DNA of 63,950 nt, the filler included, from Octopus bimaculoides (lineage: Eukaryota): assembly GCF_001194135.2 (NCBI RefSeq). It is 5 parts of 5 records of this genome, joined end to end, with 100 filler letters (N's around TTAATTAATTAA, not from the genome) between each part and the next. Parts side by side here need not be neighbours in the genome. Positions count along the whole stretch, not along the records: positions 35,281 to 62,793 come from NC_069002.1; positions 62,894 to 63,950 come from NC_068991.1; 3 more parts are not named here. One strand, given 5' to 3'. Below are positions 53,269 to 63,950 of the stretch, piece by piece. The position numbers and the translations under genes were made by a program. The notes under the pieces were generated by a model. That model was given only the letters and a program-made list of their open reading frames with translations. It did not search any database and was not told the origin of the DNA. Position 1 is the stretch's first letter. Every line of letters begins with the position of its first letter.

Positions 53269-53764
53269 GTTCGTTGCTACTGATGATGCTAATATTAATA
53301 AAACTAATTAGGGCAATATTGATGTTAATGAAGGCGAAATTTTAGAAACATAGAGACTGAGTGAGGGCAAATGGTTCTTGTGACGGGGGGGGGGAGGGCT
53401 GACGGTGGAGGGAAATATATATGGGATGGGGTAGGGGCAGTAGAGGTGTTCTAGAAAGTTTTAGTGTCTATATGTCTGTACAGACATGAACACACACACA
53501 TAAACACACACGCACACACACACACACACACATATATTCTTATATATTTCTGGATGTTATATATGAATATTATATGTTCATGTATGTATATGCATATACA
53601 TGTATGTTACACATACGTATATTTGTCTGTATGTATATGTGTATGTATAAACATACATACATACATATATATATATACATATATATATATATCTGTATGA
53701 ATATATATTTAAACACAAATACAAGCATCTGCAAATATATCTGCATGTACATATAGACTCATCA

Positions 53765-53841
<77 letters not shown>

Positions 53842-54533
53842 CCTATCTAACTACCTATATACCTATATATNNNNNNNNNNNNNNNNNNNNNNNNNNNNNN
53901 NNNNNNNNNNNNNNNNNNNNNNNNNNNNNNNNNNNNNNNNNNNNNNNNNNNNNNNNNNNNNNNNNNNNNNNNNNNNNNNNNNNNNNNNNNNNNNNNNNNN
54001 NNNNNNNNNNNNNNNNNNNNNNNNNNNNNNNNNNNNNNNNNNNNNNNNNNNNNNNNNNNNNNNNNNNNNNNNNNNNNNNNNNNNNNNNNNNNNNNNNNNN
54101 NNNNNNNNNNNNNNNNNNNNNNNNNNNNNNNNNNNNNNNNNNNNNNNNNNNNNNNNNNNNNNNNNNNNNNNNNNNNNNNNNNNNNNNNNNNNNNNNNNNN
54201 NNNNNNNNNNNNNNNNNNNNNNNNNNNNNNNNNNNNNNNNNNNNNNNNNNNNNNNNNNNNNNNNNNNNNNNNNNNNNNNNNNNNNNNNNNNNNNNNNNNN
54301 NNNNNNNNNNNNNNNNNNNNNNNNNNNNNNNNNNNNNNNNNNNNNNNNNNNNNNNNNNNNNNNNNNNNNNNNNNNNNNNNNNNNNNNNNNNNNNNNNNNN
54401 NNNNNNNNNNNNNNNNNNNNNNNNNNNNNNNNNNNNNNNNNNNNNNNNNNNNNNNNNNNNNNNNNNNNNNNNNNNNNNNNNNNNNNNNNNNNNNNNNNNN
54501 NNNNNNNNNNNNNNNNNNNNNNNNNNNTATTAA

Positions 54534-54612
<79 letters not shown>

Positions 54613-54659
54613 AAGAATAAGAATAATAATAATAGTAATAATAACAATAGTAATATTAA

Positions 54660-54719
<60 letters not shown>

Positions 54720-54856
54720 TGGCAATAATACCAATAACAGCCAGTTCCATGATAAAAATCAATCAATAGATATCTGAGAAAATTGGTAACGACCATTACA
54801 GATTCTACTTTCATTTTTGGTAAAAAATGTCGAATAAAGACTAAGTAGGTGATTGC

Positions 54857-54955
<99 letters not shown>

Positions 54956-55579
54956 GACGACAACAACATCAACAACGATAATTATAAGAACAATAATGAT
55001 GATGATGATGATGACGATAATAATAATAATAATAATAATCATAATAATAATGACTTGTTTTATTTACCACGTGTGTGAATGGTAAGGGATAGGAGGACAT
55101 TAAAAGGATAAATTCCAAAAACGGTATGGATTTTCGCAGAATCGATTGTGAATAATAAAAGAAGAAAAAAAAATCAATGGAAATAAAAGAAAAAAAAACA
55201 TAAGTTCCAGGTATGAAGGAATATAAAAAAAACAACTAAAGTTTAAAATTAAATGTAATGTAATGTAATATGACTGTCGCTCCATGGATGTCAATCAGGG
55301 AACCCCACACATCTTTTATTATCCTGAATGCAAGGGCTGATACACTCTGTAATATCTGTTCTGCAACCTACAGTCACGTGTTGCGAGGAGACTCATTTGC
55401 AAGGGTCAAACTCGCTTCTGCCGCCTGCCCGCCCATCTTTCAGTAAATATACAAGGGAGTAGCACCTCCCACTTTTCTCTCTACTTTCACTTTCTCCTTC
55501 ATGTGGTACGCCTTTGAGGTGTTGATGGATGAAGGACTAGCAAGAGATTAAAGCGTCTGTTTTTTACTAAGTTAAATAT

Positions 55580-55830
55580 ATAGAACCTAGTGGTTAAAAT
55601 GTTGCAATCACGATAGCAGTATTGCGGGTTCTATTCCCTAACAAAGCGGTACGCTGTGTTCTTGAGCACAACACATCATTTCATGTTGCCGTGACCCATT
55701 CAGCTGTAAAAGAATAACCCAGCGGAGGACAGACGTGGGGTCCCATCTGGGGGAGAAATGTAGTTACCTCGATCGCATGCACAACATGGAAACCGAGTAA
55801 TTGGTCCTGTGAGTCCTATCACTCGAAAAA
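55580..55830 (+). mobile_element. SINE family C, 3' body type 3 (diverged)
   Basis: ctagtggttaaaatgttg...tgtgttcttgagcacaacacatcatttcatgttgc...ttcagctgtaaaagaataacccagcggaggacagacgtggggtcccatctgggg; homologous to 61714-61954(-). Confidence 0.6.
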
Positions 55831-55859
55831 CAGTAATGTTCAGTTGATGATGATGATGA

Positions 55860-56072
<213 letters not shown>

Positions 56073-57362
56073 CAAAATACCACAAGATGCTTAACGGTAT
56101 TTCCACCAGCGCTTTATGTTCAAAGCTTAAATACCACCGTGGAAAAGTTTTCTGTCTACCCTTTCGGAGTCAATGAAATAAGTACCAAACGAACACTGGG
56201 GTAGAAGCAAATCGATTGCTCCACATCACTCCCAAAAATTGCTTGTCTCACGCTAAAATTTGAACCCAATGTTCCATTGCCATTTCATTAATTTCCTGCT
56301 CTATATTGCAATTACTATAACAAACACAGAATATTTCACCAGTCACTCCAACGTGCACCCATGCAATCAAAGTGCCTCGTAATGTGAGCAGCATGCCACT
56401 GACACTCGAACGCTACATCTCTGGTTCACCACCATACCGTGGTACTGGTCCGAAATCGCTGAACAATGACATTCGTCTACTAATCTACCACACTTACTGC
56501 ATCTGAAAACCAACACTCATTCAGCAATCCATCGTTTCNNNNNNNNNNNNNNNNNNNNNNNNNNNNNNNNNNNNNNNNNNNNNNNNNNNNNNNNNNNNNN
56601 NNNNNNNNNNNNNNNNNNNNNNNNNNNNNNNNNNNNNNNNNNNNNNNNNNNNNNNNNNNNNNNNNNNNNNNNNNNNNNNNNNNNNNNNNNNNNNNNNNNN
56701 NNNNNNNNNNNNNNNNNNNNNNNNNNNNNNNNNNNNNNNNNNNNNNNNNNNNNNNNNNNNNNNNNNNNNNNNNNNNNNNNNNNNNNNNNNNNNNNNNNNN
56801 NNNNNNNNNNNNNNNNNNNNNNNNNNNNNNNNNNNNNNNNNNNNNNNNNNNNNNNNNNNNNNNNNNNNNNNNCATCATTATCATTATCACCACCACCACC
56901 ACCACCGTCATTATTATCAACACCACTACCTCCACCACCACACCTACCACCACCCCTACTACCGGCACCACTGAAACAACCACCGCAATTACAACCACTA
57001 CCAATACCAATAAGACAACCACCACCACAATCACCCATCACCACTACTACCACCATCACCACAACAATTCCACCGTCACCATCATAATCACAACAAGCAG
57101 CACCATCACCACCACTACCACCCACTCTACATTGTGTCTCTCTATATTTATTTTCTGTGTGTTTTTCGCGTAATTTTTATTATTTTAAAGGTTTTTCCGA
57201 TTCCATTAGGGAAATCTCTCGCACATGCGTAATTACATGTTTACACAAACTACTTAGTCTACCTACCTACCTACCTACCTACCTACCTACCTACCTACAT
57301 ACATACATACACTGCTTCATATGTATTTGTATATATATATATATATATTTTAAAAAATGCAC

Positions 57363-57433
<71 letters not shown>

Positions 57434-57724
57434 CATACCTGTCCCTCTCGTTCTCTATGCCTGTCTTTTAAATTAAATAAACCATTTTAAAGACACCCTA
57501 TATAAACATATAATAAAAGTATGCATCTTCTCTCTTCACCAACCCACTCACACATGTACACACACGCACACAATCATATATATCAACCTTCATAGACTGA
57601 ACTTAATATACATGTAAGTATATACATGTTACTTAATTGAATTTGCATCTCTCCCGCCCACTCACATACAAACACACTCATATATGTGTGTGCGTGTGTA
57701 CATATAAATGTATATTTATGTATA

Positions 57725-57763
<39 letters not shown>

Positions 57764-58948
57764 NNNNNNNNNNNNNNNNNNNNNNNNNNNNNNNNNNNNN
57801 NNNNNNNNNNNNNNNNNNNNNNNNNNNNNNNNNNNNNNNNNNNNNNNNNNNNNNNNNNNNNNNNNNNNNNNNNNNNNNNNNNNNNNNNNNNNNNNNNNNN
57901 NNNNNNNNNNNNNNNNNNNNNNNNNNNNNNNNNNNNNNNNNNNNNNNNNNNNNNNNNNNNNNNNNNNNNNNNNNNNNNNNNNNNNNNNNNNNNNNNNNNN
58001 NNNNNNNNNNNNNNNNNNNNNNNNNNNNNNNNNNNNNNNNNNNNNNNNNNNNNNNNNNNNNNNNNNNNNNNNNNNNNNNNNNNNNNNNNNNNNNNNNNNN
58101 NNNNNNNNNNNNNNNNTATATATATATGCACATACAAACACGTGTTCATACTTACATGCATATATATATATATATATACATGAATACATACAATTATACA
58201 TATATATACACAAAGTTATAGAGAGATACAAACATACACACACAGAGACACATACATACATACATACACACACATACATACATACATATGTACACACTCA
58301 CATTCACGCACACAAAACAACCGTAGAGAAAAATCTGGAATCTTCAGAGACCATTTTCGGAAGTCAGAAAATCAAAAGACATCTAGCGGTTTCTAAAAGG
58401 CCTTTAGGAAGCCAACATTATCTTGCCGTTCCAACTCTTAATGACGTATTCTCGGGGGAGATATAAACATGGTGGCAATTGTATAAAAGCCACGAAACTA
58501 TAACAAAGATATACGGACGATAATTTAGGCAACGGAGTAGAGAAGAGATGCGGTTGGTGTGCAGTTAGTGGTAGTGGTGGTGGTAGTAGTATTGGTAGTG
58601 GTGCTGGGGGATGTGTTGGGCGGTTGGCGTTTGAGAAATGGAAAGTCCTTAAAATAAACTTTTAAATGTTTTAAAAATAACATATTGGATTGGAAGATTG
58701 AGTATGCCGTAGTTGTTTCTCCATTTTAACTTCTGCCAGCCCTCCCTTCTCCTTCCCCCCTCTTCACATACGAGAAACTACTACCACTACTACTACTGCT
58801 ACCACTACTACTACTACTACTGCTAATGCTGCTACTACTACTACTGCTAATAATAATGATAATGATAATAATAATAATAATGATCATTGTAATAATAATG
58901 GTGATGATTATGACAGCAGCAGCAGCAGCAACAACAACAACAACAACG

Positions 58949-59006
<58 letters not shown>

Positions 59007-59608
59007 TAATAATTTTCATGGGGAATTCTTTAAATAACGATTAAGTATTTCGCTACGATCCATTGTTTTATAAATTTTTCTCTTTCTGTAAGATTTTCCC
59101 ACTCTTTCGTTCGCCTCCATTTCTTTGCCTTCATCTTGTTATTGTTGTTGTTGNNNNNNNNNNNNNNNNNNNNNNNNNNNNNNNNNNNNNNNNNNNNNNN
59201 NNNNNNNNNNNNNNNNNNNNNNNNNNNNNNNNNNNNNNNNNNNNNNNNNNNNNNNNNNNNNNNNNNNNNNNNNNNNNNNNNNNNNNNNNNNNNNNNNNNN
59301 NNNNNNNNNNNNNNNNNNNNNNNNNNNNNNNNNNNNNNNNNNNNNNNNNNNNNNNNNNNNNNNNNNNNNNNNNNNNNNNNNNNNNNNNNNNNNNNNNNNN
59401 NNNNNNNNNNNNNNNNNNNNNNNNNNNNNNNNNNNNNNNNNNNNNNNNNNNNNNNNNNNNNNNNNNNNNNNNNNNNNNNNNNNNNNNNNNNNNNNNNNNN
59501 NNNNNNNNNNNNNNNNNNNNNNNNNNNNNNNNNNNNNNNNNNNNNCCACCATCATCGTGTCTCCGCCACCATCATCGTCACCACCCCACCTCACCTACCC
59601 CAACACCA

Positions 59609-59639
<31 letters not shown>

Positions 59640-59961
59640 GTCGTCGTCATCATCATCATCATCATCATCACCATGATCTTTTATTGATACATACATGCGT
59701 ATTTTATTCTTTTACTTGTCTCAGTCATTAGATTGCGGCCATGCTGGTGTACCACCTTAAAAGTTTTTTTTTTAGTCTAAGAAATCGTCTCCAAGACTTA
59801 TTCTTTGTAAGTCTCGTACTTATTCTATCGATCTCTTCTCCGAACATCTAGCTTACGTGAACGTAAACACACCAACATTGGTTCTCAAGCGATGATGGAG
59901 GGACGAATACTAAGAAGCACAGACACAAAGACACACACACACACAAATATATACATATATA

Positions 59962-60003
<42 letters not shown>

Positions 60004-61713
60004 GACGCGCTTCTTTCAGTTTTCGTCTACCAAAATCCACTGACATGGCTTTGGTCGGCCTATGGCTATTGTAGAAGAGACTTGCCCAAGGTGGGGAAGC
60101 AAGCTTCTTAACACACAACCAGGCTTGTGCCTGCTTTATACTATAAAGTTATCAAAACATTATCTTCTTCTCGTGTTTTTAATATAATTTATTCGTGTGG
60201 AACTCCCTTAACCTTTTCAATATCACGTGCCACACGTGGAACAGAAGATGCTACTAAAAGTGGACACATCGATTTGAATTAGAAGCGAAAGAATCCTGAC
60301 AGAACAAAAGAAAATTAATACAAATCTCCATAACAATTACCAACGCGCCAGATCCAACAGATGATCCCGCTCAAGGAAACAAGGGGAAAATGGGGGCGAG
60401 GAACACATTGTCCTAAATCTGAGAGAATTATGCGAAGACATTGAATCATTTTATTGAGACAAAGCTAAAGAGGGACGATAAAACATATACGAGAAATAGC
60501 TCAACCTCATACCAGTAGTTCTATCCGGCAACAATCAAATAAATCCTGCGCCAAAAGACAACAAGTTCGAAGAGGACTTAGGGATCAATAGGTACTAGTG
60601 ATAATAAAGATGGAAACTATGGTATTAAAATTGTGATCTCACACCAATGAGGAACTATTTAGGCCCTTTAAGGATGAAACTCTATGTAAAAATAAAGTAA
60701 AAAAGAGCGCAAGGTCCGAATATGGAAATTATTTCAAACTTACGGAAAAAAAGAATGCGAAAAAAAACTGAAATCTCTTCAACGCTGGCGCGAAAACTAA
60801 AAAGTAAAAACAAAACATCACCGGCTGGTTTTTAAATTACTGAACCGTCTTCAAACAGGAACACGCTTCCGATAACCATTTCTTAAAGAAAAGAAAAACA
60901 AAATTATATGCCGACACAGTTCTACAACCAACAAAGACAACAAACCAGTTTTGCTTTCGAGAACGTAATGAAAGACCAACAAATGAAGTGTACTAGTTAA
61001 AAAATCTCAAATTTACATCACCTCCTCAACGACAAAATTACAGCCCAATATATATGTGTGTGTATATATATATTTATAGTCACATACAATAAGCTAGTAG
61101 AATGATATATTAATATATTAAGATACATTAAATGCATTATAATATAGGAGGCTATAGCAATTAAAAACAAAGAGGTAAAATTAATAAATAAGGGGACAAT
61201 TTAGCAGCCTTAGGTTTTATCAAGCTACTTCATTGTGCGAGTGTATCTCGCTAACGAAAGATGTCGCTTGCTGCTCGCATGAGGTTAGTGTTTTTNNNNN
61301 NNNNNNNNNNNNNNNNNNNNNNNNNNNNNNNNNNNNNNNNNNNNNNNNNNNNNNNNNNNNNNNNNNNNNNNNNNNNNNNNNNNNNNNNNNNNNNNNNNNN
61401 NNNNNNNNNNNNNNNNNNNNNNNNNNNNNNNNNNNNNNNNNNNNNNNNNNNNNNNNNNNNNNNNNNNNNNNNNNNNNNNNNNNNNNNNNNNNNNNNNNNN
61501 NNNNNNNNNNNNNNNNNNNNNNNNNNNNNNNNNNNNNNNNNNNNNNNNNNNNNNNNNNNNNNNNNNNNNNNNNNNNNNNNNNNNNNNNNNNNNNNNNNNN
61601 NNNNNNNNNNNNNNNNNNNNNNNNNNNNNNNNNNNNNNNNNNNNNNNNNNNNNNNNNNNNNNNNNNNNNNNNNNTATATATATATATATGCATATGTAGG
61701 TGAAGGTAATGTT

Positions 61714-61954
61714 AGAGTGACCTTCCCAAATCATACAGGCTCATAAGGGCCGGTTCCCTGGTTTCTCGCCTTCATGACGTATATATTCCTCACCTGGAGG
61801 GGACGCCAGTCCATCGCAGGATTACTCAATTGTGCCATCTGAGTGGACTGGAGGAATGTGAAATGAAGTGTTTTGCTCAAGAACACAACGCTTCGCCCGA
61901 AACCACAATCTTACGATCATCAGACCATAACCCTAACCACTGAGCCACGCGCCT
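61714..61954 (-). mobile_element. SINE family C, 3' body type 3 (V-domain-like cctgcgatggactggcgtccc)
   Basis: Minus: aggcgcgtggctcagtggttagggtt...gttgtgttcttgagcaaaacacttcatttcacattcctccagtccactcagatggcacaattgagtaatcctgcgatggactggcgtccctccagg... Confidence 0.7.
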
Positions 61955-62228
61955 CCACTGGCTAAGAGATGCTCCCACACCCATCAAAACCTTCGTCTCC
62001 AGTAACAGGACCGCACTATCAGATGTAGTTTAAATTAATACTTCGGACATACATACACACAGAAATACATACACCTGCATACATACACACACACGCACAC
62101 ATTTATACATGCATGCATGCATACATACATACACACACATATGTGTGCGTGCGTGTGTATGAATACTATTATGCATTTATCTAACCTATCTACCTACCTA
62201 CCTACCTATCTAGCAAACTATCTGTATG

Positions 62229-62276
<48 letters not shown>

Positions 62277-62730
62277 CCCACTTACCAACCTTCCAACCAA
62301 TCTATCTATCTATCTTCCCACTTACCAACCTTCCAACCAATCTATCTATCTATCTACCCATATGTATGTATGAATGTATGTATGTATATAAGTATGCATG
62401 GGTATCCCTATGAGTGTGTTTGTGTGTGTGTGAGTGCGCGCGCGCGCATGTATAAGCTGCGAGAAGGACGTGGTAAGAGTGAGAAGAGAAAGATATATTC
62501 AAAGAGAATGAGGAAAGAGAGAAAGACATAGATCATATATAATTTTCTGTCTATATCATTGAAAATTGAAAATTTTTTTTTTCTATTTCCTGTCAAAACA
62601 TTATTAATATTGGAAATATAATTCAGTTTAAATCTTTGTTTTATTTGAATGATTGAAAAGTTGAGAACATTTTGAAATGGGACAGAATAAATGCAATAAG
62701 CTGTTAGTTTAACGTGGCTTATCATACCCT

Positions 62731-62793
<63 letters not shown>

Positions 62794-63818
62794 NNNNNNN
62801 NNNNNNNNNNNNNNNNNNNNNNNNNNNNNNNNNNNNNTTAATTAATTAANNNNNNNNNNNNNNNNNNNNNNNNNNNNNNNNNNNNNNNNNNNNGGCCATT
62901 GCGCTTCCACATGTATGTACGTACGTAAGTATAATTGAAGTAAATCTTCACGCCTGAAGAAATCACTTGTGCGACGACTAAAAAACGGTTGTCACACTCT
63001 GTAAATGTTATTAATAATGTAACAGACAAAGAAGTTTATTTCGACAACAATCAGACATCAAAATTGAATCATGTTTGAGACAGACACAGCAGAGAAGAGT
63101 GAAGAGCTGAAGTATATCGGATATTGTGTCTGACTGAAATATAGATGTGCGTGCGTGCGTGCGTGCGTGCGTGTGTGTGTGTGTATGTGTGTGTGTGTGT
63201 GAATGTCTGTATGTACGCAAGAGTTGTTACATATGTGCACATATATGGTTTGTGTAAGTGTTAGCCTGTTTGTGAATCAATGTGTGTATATATGTGTGAG
63301 TAGAGACGTGTGTCTGAGTGAATGTGAGAGCATGAGGGTGAAAGTGTGTTACTGTTTCCATCGGAGTAATTCTGTGCATTTATGTATGTGTGAATGTGAG
63401 TGTGAGTCTGTCTGCATTTGATTGTGTGTGTGTGTGTGTATTTGCGAAGGTATATGGGTTAGTGTAGGTGTTAGCATGTTTGTGAGTGTATGTGTTTGTG
63501 TGTGTGTGTGTGTGTGAATGTGTGTGTGTGAGCATGTATGAGTCTATGTGTGTAGATATATTTGCCTTTGTGAGTGTGGCAGTGAGTGAATGTTCCTGTG
63601 TTCGTTTCAAAGTAATTTCGTGTGATAGTCTATGTGTGTGTGTGTGTGTGTGTGTATGTGTACGTGTGTACACGTGTGTTGGAGAGACAGTGTGTGTGTG
63701 TAGATGTGTGGCTATGTAGGTGTGAAGATTCCTGTCTTTCCAGTGAAGTAATTCTGTGCAGTTATGCGTGTTTGTGTGTGTAATTGTTTCTGTATGTATG
63801 GGATTTTCTCTATATGTG

Positions 63819-63866
<48 letters not shown>

Positions 63867-63950
63867 TAATGAAGTCGTTTTTGTCATTATATCTATTCAT
63901 GTATGTATGTTTGTGTGCTTTGCGTGTATCACTGTGTGTCTGTATGTTTT

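Noticed and set aside
60280-60720. A-rich stretch resembling an RTE linker region (ELCEDIESF)
   Set aside because: Too degenerate, with multiple stops and a single weak motif.

Overview
AT-rich, microsatellite-saturated, gap-ridden eukaryotic draft-assembly DNA. The repeat families and composition look like a coleoid cephalopod, probably Octopus; this is inferred from pattern recognition, not from a database search. Only one host coding segment is well supported: the terminal exon (7268-7521, +) of a Ly6/uPAR three-finger (quiver/sleepless-like) membrane-anchored protein, whose upstream exons appear to lie before the window. The rest is intronic or intergenic. It contains three tRNA-derived SINE families, decayed non-LTR retrotransposons (RTE, R4/Dong, a HERO/NeSL-like RLE element, possibly CR1), mariner and MITE remnants, Penelope-type minimal hammerhead-ribozyme motifs, a ~215 bp long inverted repeat pair, and artificial TTAATTAATTAA contig linkers. 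Almost all ORFs in the supplied track are artefacts of simple repeats or N runs. I see no convincing new multi-gene system. The best leads are the hammerhead motifs, (ATT)n-targeted R4/Dong insertions, the inverted duplication, the modular SINEs and a few minus-strand splice-signal candidates.
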